Positions 53,712 through 64,000 of a stretch of 64,000 nucleotides of DNA are shown in pieces; positions within the stretch are counted from its first letter, which is position 1, and each line of letters begins with the position of its first letter. Under the pieces are notes generated by a model. That model was not told the origin of the DNA. It did no database searches and saw only the letters and a program-made list of their open reading frames with translations. The translations under genes were made by a program, and so were the position numbers. Source of the DNA: Raillietiella orientalis (taxonomy: Eukaryota); the NCBI GenBank assembly GCA_036172245.1, contig JAYWIR010000031.1, positions 1,116,001-1,180,000 of the forward strand, given 5' to 3'.

Positions 53712-54106
53712 TTAATATAACATCGTGAATATAAATAAAGTTGGAATGGGTTTCTGTTGGCATTTAATTGATTCGAGCATTTTCTGAGTATGTTCGCAGT
53801 ACGGTAGGCAAAGAGCGTGCTCTTTCCTCTCGCAGCAGCACCAAGTGCACATCTCGAGAAAATAACAGCGAGGTGTGGACGCCCAGGAAAGAAATTTGAT
53901 TCCCGGAAACTGTATTCTTGGATGCTGTCAAAGGGGACCTTTGTTCCGTTTGTTTAAATGAGCGGAATTTTTGGAGCATTCTTGATGCCAATAAAACGCC
54001 CGGGCATTCCAGATGCCGCAGCTTGCAACCACCATTTCAATAAATGTTTATCAACAATTGTTCGAGGAATGGAACAAAGGTGTGAAGTCATATTGTATCA
54101 TCCAGG

Positions 54107-54142
54107 TATAAATTTCATCCCGCAGGGATGCACAGGCTAGTC
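54107..54142 (+). promoter_or_regulatory. TATA box (TATAAA 54107-54112) and Inr-like CTAGTC (54137-54142)
   Basis: Canonical ~30-nt TATA-to-Inr spacing; the Inr lies ~70 nt upstream of the ATG at 54208. Confidence 0.65.
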
Positions 54143-54207
54143 TCAGAAACTCCAGACAGTGGTCTTGTCAAGCGATTCTGTTCGACGCTTCTCCATAGGA
54201 AACCAAG

Positions 54208-54972
54208 ATGAGGATTCTGGTGAGAAAGTTATCTGATTATTCCAAGCAAGAATGCAAAATGCACTTCGGGGATCTTTTCTAGAGCCTTGCAGCATGCTTC
54301 ATCCTTGTCCAGGAAGGATGGAGCCAGCGTGCACTTCAGCAACAGTTTGAGAGAACGTACCCTGCATACCCACAACGCCACTCTCCCAGTGAAACATCGG
54401 AACTACCGAGAAGGAACTCCAGCAGTCCTGGAGGGGATGTGAGTTTGCATGGCAGCACCATCCAGGGCTTCGGTTACGGACGTCAGAAGTCAAAGCCAGA
54501 GCTTCAAGGCGAGGCGGACGGGGGCTCGCTTGATGAACAAAACGCCCTAGGAAATCGCAACCGAACCAGGAGAGTTCCGCAGAGGAGCTTCCAGAACCCA
54601 AGTAAGAAACGCACTCTGAAAGATGCGTGCAACCTTGAGTGCTTCAAGTGGTGTGGGAGACTGCCAAAGTTTCACGAACTTTGATAACCAAGAAACTGCC
54701 CCTGGGAGCTGTATATTAATCACGGACCATCCCTTTCAGAACCTGTGGCCACTACGAGAAAACCTGATGCCACGACAGCGTACCCCTTTGACAGTACTCT
54801 GAGAAGCGGGTACTACGATTATTCTGGATATCCAGGAAATTCAGTCTACTCGCAGGTCCTACCATATTCCTTCGTACACCCCGTGTTTCCCTATTCCTTC
54901 TATAGACCACCATTCCCAAGTTATCCCGTGCTCAGAGAATACTACCCCAGATACGACCAGTACTTCAAGTAG
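54208..54972 (+). CDS. Intact 3-exon gene, join(54208..54219,54283..54601,54740..54972): 187-aa secreted precursor with furin site and Tyr/Pro-rich C-terminus
   Basis: ATG AGG ATT CTG|GTGAGA...TTTTCTAG|AGC (63-bp phase-0 intron) and CCA A|GTAAG...CTTTCAG|AA CCT (138-bp phase-1 intron) join in frame with no stops. Protein: MRILSLAACFILVQEGWSQ (signal-like)...RNRTRR...GYYDYSGYPG...REYYPRYDQYFK*. TATA box upstream, AATAAA downstream. Confidence 0.85.
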
Positions 54973-55039
54973 ATCTTGAGTACACCGCTCCTGAAGAATC
55001 TCATCCCGATGAGATTCCATTAAGAATTCCCCTTTGCTG

Positions 55040-55045
55040 AATAAA
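55040..55045 (+). terminator. Polyadenylation signal of the 54208-54972 gene
   Basis: AATAAA 68 nt after the stop codon, followed by a T-rich downstream element. Confidence 0.7.
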
Positions 55046-55949
55046 CGTTTTTTTTTTTTTTTCTTTCATTTCATCTGGCCATTTGCGGGGGCAATTTAAT
55101 CCAGGTGATCTTCTGCAGCAGGTCTTCCGCAGTTGAAAAGGCTCAAGAGGAACTGGCATCGCTTAGCAGGATTTACGTCTCCAGATACCCCCCGGAACAC
55201 TTTTCGGCAGCACCTCTTAACTCCGCTCTTCATGTCCATCATCGTTCCACTAGACAACTTTTGAAGTGCGAGCAGAGAAGCAACCCAATGCCACGGCCGG
55301 TTTACTCCCACGCTACTCTCAGAGGAGGCAACCGACGGAGCGTTCAGATGTGGAATAACGGAAGCGAATTCGCTGTTTTATAGAGGCAAAGAATGCGATT
55401 CCCTAATGCTTCAAAAATCAAAATTGAAATAAGGATGCTTGCTCTAAATCCCATTCCAGACACCACTCCTTTCCTGATTCCTGTCTCTCTTCCGTATCTC
55501 TCTTCCGTATCTCTCTTCCGCATGGCATGCACGTAATGGATCTTATAACTTTTCTTTTGGATGTGAGCAGCGTGAGGAAATCCACAAAGAGATTCGAGCT
55601 GGATGAAGAGTTCCTGGCTAGCCAGTTGAGAAAATTAAACTGGCAGCTAGCAGAGCGCCAAGCATTCGAGGATGGCTTTGTCTGTTCCTCGCTCTAAAGC
55701 CAGTAGAAGGTCTGTTTTTAACAAGACAAAGAAGAGAAGAGACGCAGTTGCAGAAGTACTGAAATGAAACCACAAAACGTAACCAAGCAGACTGGAGATT
55801 TGCAGTTTGGGGCTTTGTAATAGCAAAGAGACCTCATAAGAAAAGCACATGATACCGTTTCTTCACGTTTCTTCAAGAGACAGAGAATACACAACTTGGG
55901 CTTTTCTTTGGGGGAAAATATATGAACAGGAATGCCTTTTGGCCACCTT

Positions 55950-57650
55950 TGACCACCGAGGGTTCATTTGTAAGATATGTGTTTCCTGGAAATTACCAGC
56001 CAAGACTTCCTTCAGCTGATACCTTCAGGGTGTTCCGGGAAAGCCTGATGTTTCCAATTACTGGTTTTCCGATAGCCCTTAAAATGTTGGCTGCTAGAGA
56101 AGAGATTGCGTTTAGAACAAGCGAAAAGCAGGACCTCTCAGATGCTGACAGTTTTGGCTCGAGGGAAGAAGAATTTCGCTCGCATTCGGAAAGAGGGACC
56201 TCGGTTGGCATCAGCACACGCGCCACAGAACTTCATAGAGAAAGCATGAAGGACAAAGACACACACACATATGTGGAATCCCCAAGAAAGATGGTGAATT
56301 TGCAGGAGACAGACTGCTTCAAACTGCGCAACACGCTGTCCTTACTGATTGCAAGCTCTACCGGAAAACTCACGCGCAATGGGTGTGGGGAAGAAGACTC
56401 AATACCTCCCAACGACGCAAATCTGAGAGAACGCTACCAGGAGGTTGGCACAGTCCTGCTTGCACAGCATAAGAGTCCCCGATCAAGAACACACCCAGCG
56501 CTGCCTTGGATCGCTCTGGACTCACACCAGTAGGGATCACCTACGCTCTGCGGACTTCAAATCATTCCACGCCAGGCATCTTACCACCTTGGGTTCGAGC
56601 ACCACACTGGAGGCAGTTGATCTCGCCGGCGGTTCCAGAAATGCAATGAGGCGCCTCCATAGATTTTCAGTCGTTGCGTTCGTCGTCTTCGGCTGTGCAC
56701 CAAGGGAAGGAACTAACTCATCAAGGAAACTTAGGAAAACTGGGAGACGCTGACCAGCAGCCAAGAGATAGCGCTGAGTCGTCGCTGCGCCCTGAACCTA
56801 TCCGTAACAGTGGACTCGTGCTGCCCATGCGAAAGCACGGCAGCAAAAGGAACTACGCGAAAGAAAAGAAGGAAAGCACTGGGGTCACACGCTTTCCTCG
56901 CCACTCTCGACAACCCGAACTCCATGGTCTCACCATCATGCGGGTTCTTGAGGTTTCCAAAACGGCTATGCGCTGAAAGAGACCTAAGATACCATGCATG
57001 AGGAGTGATTCGGGAATTTGGAGGTGTGGTCTACCACCTGGCATGCCTAGAGCATTCACGGGGGGGAGGCCGGCTTTGCACCCGGTTGCCTGGGGATTCC
57101 GGTCAACATGCTCCGTAAAGACCGAGCCCAGGCCGGACTCTTGGTGCCATCAGAATCGTCGATACGAGGGAGGAATTTTCAGTCCCTTTGGAATCGGCTT
57201 GCAACAGGATCTGGGGCACACACGCAGAAAAGGAAAAGACAAGGACAAATGGCATCGTGATTGGCATGGAAGCGAAGAATGGGGATTCCCGTGCCTTTGC
57301 AGCTGGTCGCAGATGCGGGCAAGCTTCTTCCTTTCCCCGTATCTGTAGACAGGATCCATCTCAGTACTCTTCTCACCATCGATACGATAGGAAAGATGAA
57401 TTTCCGGGGTCAATGTCGACGCTCCCCGCCCCCCCCCCCTTACCCATTCGGTGGCGCGGGGCCCGCATGCTGCGGATGCCATTCCAGCGAACGCCGGAGC
57501 CGAGATGCGCGTGACCTGCTCAGCAACTCCCAGTGCAGGAGAACCGTCTCTGGAGGTGCGGTCCCAATCCCATTACTTGATGAGAGGAAGGAATCAAAGC
57601 AAGAACAGGAGCAGGGATTGATTCGGTCTCCTTGAGCCTGGAGCAGTTTA
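55950..57650 (-). mobile_element. Degenerate LINE ORF2 (APE plus RT)
   Basis: In order: GGRGASTL, GRPHLQIPESLL, FLDELVPSL...PK...NLWRRLIAFL, FLGIP, LSASER, RLSRNTLKVSAEGSLG. Confidence 0.55.
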
Positions 57651-57900
57651 GGAAGACCTCGTGCAGTGCTGGGGGAGAACAGGACAGCAGGGAAAGACTT
57701 CACGCCTCACAACCCCACAATCATGATAAATGAGGCAAAATGGCCCCTGAAGGACGCCAGAATGAAGGAAGGTGCCGCCTGCATCACATGCAGATCACAG
57801 AAGCAGCGAGTGTGATCAGTGACCCCCTCTTATCTATTCATTATTGTCCCCTCTCCTACACCCTCCCATCCTTCTGTGTAACTGATCTAGAAATCTGTAT

Positions 57901-57983
57901 TTTCTTCTTTTTCCACTTCTTCTTCCTCCTCTTCCTCTTCCTCTTCTTCTTCCTCTTCTTCTTCCTCTTCTTCTTCTTCTTCT
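57901..57983. repeat. (TTC/CTC)n polypyrimidine microsatellite
   Basis: Read directly from the sequence. Confidence 0.95.
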
Positions 57984-58077
57984 TGAATTTTTCAAAAAAT
58001 TGTAGATTTGCTAATCAGCATAGCCCGTAAACAGCAGCATGATGGGGCTCTTCTCTGTTCACTACTTTCATTCCAGC

Positions 58078-58713
58078 TTTTTTTTTTTCTTTTTGGTTAG
58101 CTAAGTGCTGAAGAACCGTTCGCCTCCTTAGGGGTCACTCACGAAGCTCTTTAAGCGCCGTCCACGCCACCCGTGTAACTCTTCAATTTAAAGGGTAGTC
58201 CAGTAGGGGACTACCCTATGGATCCATGAAGGCTTTGGAGGAGTGAGTTTGTTCCTCTTATGCTGGGTAGTAAAACCTCGAAAGGAACCCTTGCCCTGGT
58301 TGTCCCCGAAGGAAACTCTGAAGGGATCCTCTTCCTCTTCATTGTTTCCGGAGGGGACCACTCCTTTTTTCTCCGAAGGGAATTCGAAAAGGATCCGCTC
58401 CTCCTGAATTTCTTCTCCTGAGGGAACACGCAAGGGAACCGCTCCTTGTTCACTCCTGCGAAGAGACCCCCGAAGGACTCCTTGATTCCTGGAAGAACCC
58501 GGAGGGTCAACTTCCAATCCCTGCCAGTCAACGGAGCATTCGGCTTCCGGCTTCCACCAGTGCCCCGCACCCGAACAGACCAACCAGCGTCATCCTGCGG
58601 AGGGACTCCAAACCCACTACGCACCTACGGTGTCCATTCTTCCTCAAGTGGGATTCGAACCCACAGCACTTGGTACTAGGCGCGGAGACCGCAGCCACTG
58701 GGCTTCCAGTGTC
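58078..58713 (-). mobile_element. tRNA-derived SINE, copy 3
   Basis: Minus-strand head GACACTGGAAGCCCAGTGG...GGGTTCGAATCCCAC (A- and B-box-like), shared body and an A-tail at 58078-58094. Confidence 0.75.
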
Positions 58714-59229
58714 TGAACATGGTGGCAGGTTCGGTGCCATCTCAAAGAGATCGCCTGAACTCCGTCCGCACAGACTGGGAGGGGAGAGGAACCTACGACA
58801 TCAGAGAAATCAGAGATATCCCCCAGCGTTGTAATTTGTAATATTTGGGAATGGGCGCTCGGGGTATCCGAGTCTGCAAACTGTCTCGTAAACAAACCTC
58901 CCGGGAGTTTCAGTTTTTGCAATTTCGTCTCCTCGCTCTCCTGGACGCACCAGATGGGGATAATCTCCAAGCAGCCAGGACGCAGACCTGCGTAGTCCAG
59001 TCTCCATGAGGCGAGGATGCCATTCGAACCCGCGCGATACGACATTGGCGAAGCGGGAAGGGCGAAGAGAAAAAACCGGTGCTGCTCGGAGAGGTTGAGG
59101 GTTCGAATCCGGGATGCCCTCGTTTCAACCACACCTTTCGTCTCAAGCAACAGGGAAACCCGGACAAAGAGAATGAATAGGTACAGCTGTGGTCGGGGAG
59201 GTTGAGTTATCTAGACCCTTGGTTGAGGA

Positions 59230-61730
59230 GCCCTTGAGTCATCTCAGCGGATGCTTTCAGCTTCAATAGCAACCACACAATGTTGATCCAGGACGAGGAG
59301 AAGTTGGAAACTGTGGAAAATCATTCGTTCGATCTCGGCATTCGTTCCTGCATCCCGAATGAAGAGATGGTGAGCAGGATGAGGTAGAAAACGATTTCTG
59401 GGTCCATGCCTACGGATCGCTAGAAGGTCAAGAGTTGAATCTTCAGAAAAAGATCCAAGTCTTTGGACTCGCACTGCGCTGCGACCTAGTCAAAGAACTC
59501 GACCCAACAGGTGAACGCGCCCCGTTTCCTGGTGGGAATGCTTGCTTGAGGCGAGAGATACCCCATCCGCACTCCGAAAGCAAGTCCTTCGCTGCATGAC
59601 GACGAATCCGGACGAGTCGGAGAAACTGCCGAGGCTGAGTTTCCTTCCATCGCGTCCGCTTGAGCAACACCGAATCTTTTGAACAGATCGTTTGCTTGGC
59701 GTGGATATTCCAAAGGCAGTCATCGTAAGGGAGGAGAAGGAAAGGAAGGGGCCCACCCAGACCCACGCAGAGCCTCTCCTTCAGCTTTGCAGGCGACCAT
59801 CTTCGAATCATCTCCTTGACGACGAACGCGGAAGGTCCGTCAAGTCCATGTCAGCAATCCTGAGAACGGAGTGTCGCTCCTCCGCGTGACTTTCGGGCCG
59901 GTTTGAGCGATGCCAGAGGGCAGCAGGGTCCGTCCGAATGGAAGCCGCGAACGCGGACTTCCTGTCTAGCAGGAGGGCGTTGCTTGGCACGTTGCCAGCA
60001 TCCAGCACAGACTGAATGAAAACCTTTCCTCTCAATGGTTTTTCCGGCGGGAAACATCTCGCCCTATGGCGGCAGAGAAGACGGATCTGGGCGTGGGCTG
60101 GGGATGGTGAGAGGGGGAGGGAGAAACCTGCGATCTCGTAACTCCGTAACTTCCATCGCTCCTCCGTAGGACGGTGCTGTGACCCTGTGGGCTTTCAGCC
60201 TGCCTGAAGGAAGGAAGAGTGAGACCGATCTCCAGTCGAAAGCTTCCTGAAAATCAGTTTGCGAGAGAAAAGAGAAGGGAAACGCAGACTGGTTTCTGGA
60301 AACTGATGAATTCTAGGTAATTGCCTGAAGCATCTGTTGTGCTATCAAGCCGGACAACCCTGAAGATTTCCAGCGCATTCTAACCAAATGAGCCAGTCGA
60401 ATTATTTTATTTCTTATTTTTATTTTTATTTTTTTCCCAATGTTTCTCTTTTTCTCTGCGAGATTTGACCTCCGTTGGATCTTTGTTTCGGTCCAATGAA
60501 GACCGGAAACGGAAAACGATTGGATCCTTAGCAAGCTGATCACCAAGGTCACCAAGATTCTTGGCATCTGTGATCCCAGATAAGTCATCACATCCCATCT
60601 CCTGCTCTCTTTGCAAGCAGCTGTATGTTTCCCGACAAGCCCTTAGCAGATGACCAGCTTGCTTGAAGCCGGAGACCCTGAGGGCTCCGCCCTTCCTCTG
60701 CTCCTACCATTCCGGATGAGGACCCTCCGCCAGTTCAGCGAAAAGAAAGTGCTCAGGATCGCTTGAAGGCCACGCTGGTGGTCGGGATCCAAAGACACTC
60801 CCAAGTCTGCTCCTCCCGCCGGGAACGAATTTCGGAGAGAACGGGAGAAGGAAGTCCCGTTTTCCGTCGAAGCTCGTTCCAGCTTGAGGATGCCGCCGGC
60901 AGGCTCTTCTCGTCCCTTGGGATCGAGAGGGAGACAAACTCCGATTCTGTGGCGATCTTCGAGCTACTTTCGCGAGCGCTCCTTTGAGGAATTTCCAGCA
61001 GCGCTCCAGACAACTGATGTCCGGCGACGTCCAGAAACGCATCGAAATGAGAGAAAGATTTCTGCATGGCACGACCGGGAGAAGGGAACCGGTTGCTACA
61101 CACCCCCAATCCTGGCTGCTGCCTGCTAGGTAGACTTGGTGTTAGTGGCCGGTCGAACGCACGCTGCGAGATTCCTTGATCGCTTCTCGCGCCGTCTTCC
61201 TCTTTCAGAGGCGGTTTCGGCTCGCAGCGCAGGAGGAATCGGATTCGTGCCAGCGCAGGAATTCCGGGATTCCATGGAAGGTCCTGGCACCTGTCCAGCT
61301 GCCGGGATTTCCACCATCTCCACAGCCTCCCTGCTTCGTCGACTGGAAGGCAGCAGGCATAGCGGCGAGCATGCAGCGGATTGGAACACGTGACGGAGCC
61401 CGTCGCCAGCGGCAACGCAGGTGTTTGTCTTCAGGATCTCGGGATCTTCCCATGGGAATTGCGGGCTGGAAATATATCGCATCCAAATCGCCTCGCAACC
61501 TCTCCTGTATCACTGACTTCCGTCTCCCGCTGCAAACGTGACGGAGAGCATCCGCTGAACTTCGCGAATCTTTCTCGCTTTCTTGAAACATTCGTCGAGT
61601 GTCCTTCCTCTCCCTTGGTCCCGGGATAGCAGCTCCTGGTGACAGTGAAGCAAGCAGCCGCAGTTTGCGCATCTCCGAAATCGGTTTTTCGGAGAGAAGG
61701 CACCCATCGAAACAGAGCGTTGCCAAGTCT
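59230..61730 (-). mobile_element. 5' half of a LINE: ORF1 zinc-knuckle remnants plus APE endonuclease
   Basis: TCVAAGDGLRH / TCSNPLHARRYAC (CCHC-like); LWNIHA, GAFTCW, QRLGSF and RRHGP (APE-like), all degenerate. Confidence 0.4.
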
Positions 61731-62109
61731 TTGAATGTCTGCTCTTTTTCTTCTTCTTCCAGACGGGTAGAAGAACAGCGGTCTCGTGGCAGTGATAGTC
61801 TCGTGGTCGTGTAGGCACCACGGTCTCGTAGTGTCGTAATAACTGGGGTCTCACAGTCTTACAGGCTCCGGTTGGGAACATACACACCTGCGGAATATCT
61901 TTTCGTAAATAATAATTATTATCCGGTCATCGCAGGGATCCCTTTCATGACCTCATTAGGAAGTGATCAGCCATATTACAAGTCCGTCCTGAAGTCAATT
62001 TCCAAGAATGTGTCGTATGTCCCTATCAGACTTTTTTTTTTGCGATGCAAGGTGGGATTTTTTTTTTTATTCCCACGTGGCTTGCTATTTCTAACCACTC
62101 TCAAGGCAA

Positions 62110-64000
62110 CTAAATGGAAACGAAGTGATCCACCCTAGATACGTGCTGACGTCCTAAATTTGGATGTGAAATATGCTGGCAGATGGTCGCCCCTTTCCCC
62201 GTAACGCAGTTGGACCGCTGCGCATTTGAGATTTCTCGGATTTCAAGATCAGTCTGATGATGCTCGTTAGACTGTAGAAGACGAAAGCAATTAAAGCGAT
62301 TCCCTCGAAATGGATGAACTCGAGGATGAAGATCGGCGTTGCAGATTCGGTGGCAAGCCCCACGGAACCTATAGATGGCCGTAGTCAATCGATCTCCGCA
62401 TGCTTGATTGAACTTGGCAATGCGAAGACCCCAGCGCCTGTATTCATCCAGCATGGTTGATTGGTGATTTTAAGGAACCTGAATTTCGGGTCCTGCGGCA
62501 TCCATAAGAAACACTCCCAAGAAGATATCAAATGTCCGAAGGCATTGGGTACCTTCTTCGGTATTTCTTATGGATGAATGTGCGTGTGCATTATTTTTTT
62601 CCTTTTTCATTCCAGACGAATAAATCATAGGGACCAAAGCTGGGATGGGAATTTCCATCAGAACAATGTGGCAGCACTCGTTTGAACCCTAGAAAGAACT
62701 TCAAGCACATCATCGATTACATTTTACGTTTCTCAAAGGAAGTAAACTGAAATTGGCGCCGCTGAACGGCATTAGAAATGGGTGCGTAATCGTCGCAATT
62801 TAAGAGGCGTTTTGGGTCACTCTCGCTTGTCTTTGGTGATCTCTCGGGAACACAAAAGCCGACTTTTCCGGCCGTTCCGAACCCGTTGCTGTCGCGTTTC
62901 TTCCATCCTCTGCCGCGTATCACAAGGCTTCTCTTAACGTAATAATTACTGGAGTTAATAAGCAACGAGGAATGCCTTCGCTCTCCATTAAAAAAAGACG
63001 GAATGAGGATATGTAAGCTGTTTTGCAAGAAATCCAGGATTCAAATTTCGTTTCCCTCAAAGCATATCTATAATTTTTCTCCGTTCTTCACAAATATTGT
63101 CGTTTGGGATGATTCTTAAAGGATGAAATTATTTCTTCTGGCATTCATGCGAAAAGTGTCTCCAATGTTTCTCTGAGTTTGAGTGATTCTGGAGTCAATG
63201 CTCTCTTCCAGAGTAAGAGAAAGGAAGTAGGCATGACGAGTGGCGAAAGGCGATACTTAACGGCTCCATCATTGATTATTTGAATTCTATGCTTTCAATT
63301 GAGACTGCACCGTTCAGAATAATTCTATTCTATCCCCTCCCTATCCCTAATTCTATCTTTTCCATCCCTCATATTATATCTCCTTACATTGGAAGTAAGT
63401 GCACATTGCAAGGTGCGATTCATTTGAGAAAGAATATGCGATTTCCACATTACGAAGGGCTTCAAAAACATTACGTCATCCCTGCATCATAATTCAGAAG
63501 AGCACCAAAATTTCTTTGGCAACAGATCATCTCAGATAAATAAGAAAGCTGCAAACAGCATGCGCGGTGACATCCATGCAGACAGCCGAAAATCATAAAA
63601 CCGTGCAAGTTGCCATTTTAAAGCATTTATTAGGTGGCAAACAAGGGGGAACAAGGAACGTGGAATTCCCCCCGCCAAATCATTTGGTACATCCAGAATG
63701 GCTTTTTGCAAGTACCTCCCCCTCGAATTCGGTGCTGCGAGATGCTTTCTTGATCAATCGCCGCGGCGCTATCGTTTCCATGGGTATCCCAGATTTGATT
63801 TTGGGATGCTCGACTAGCAGCTCACTAGAGTGAATACGTAACGCAGCCAACCGCAAATAGCAACGGGCGAACACGTGTTTGATTGCATTTGTAAATTGGA
63901 ACTGCCTGCTGATCACGAAAGATTAAGAATCGCACTTGGTCTTCGCGGAAAACGCCGATCCCTGGTGAAAGGCATTCTTCGTCGAAAGGCGTGCGCAGTG
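62110..64000 (-). pseudogene. Degenerate LRR/Toll-like gene, probably extending beyond the window
   Basis: LTPESLKLRETLETL, LDFLQNSLHILIPSFFNG, MEIPIPAL, FVFYSLTSIIRLIL, FRGNRFNC; multiple stops. Confidence 0.5.

Noticed and set aside
55922..56533. 203-aa + ORF
   Set aside because: Antisense shadow of LINE RT motifs on the minus strand
58645..58713. Functional tRNA gene (also 12775-12845 and the B-box at ~59100)
   Set aside because: No complete cloverleaf; the first two are SINE heads and the third is an isolated box
1..64000. CRISPR array, rRNA or prokaryotic operon/defence system
   Set aside because: No regularly spaced repeats, no rRNA signature and no dense long ORFs; the sequence is eukaryotic

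Overview
Eukaryotic DNA, probably arthropod: it has short GT-AG introns, a TATA+Inr promoter and Toll/LRR remnants. The taxon is inferred, not proven. Most of the window is decayed transposons: at least a dozen Tx1/L1-like non-LTR retrotransposon fragments, three copies of a long tRNA-headed SINE, piggyBac 3' ends, weak Gypsy/DIRS traces and an AT-rich foldback-like repeat family. Between them lie frameshifted immune-type pseudogenes (LRR/TLR-TIR, Apaf-1-like NB-ARC, Schlafen-like helicase). Almost all ORFs in the six-frame track are artefacts. Only two genes look intact. One is a complete 3-exon gene (54208-54972, +) and the other is the 3' part of a gene at 36936-37479 (-). Both show a polar pro-region, a furin site and a ~25% Tyr C-terminal domain encoded after a ~140-bp phase-1 intron; the complete gene also has a signal peptide. 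The most unusual repeat biology is a LINE clade that ends in AATAAA plus a GC hairpin with no poly(A) tail and repeatedly inserts antisense into its own relatives, with target-site duplications visible at two sites. All protein-family calls come from manual motif recognition; no searches were run.
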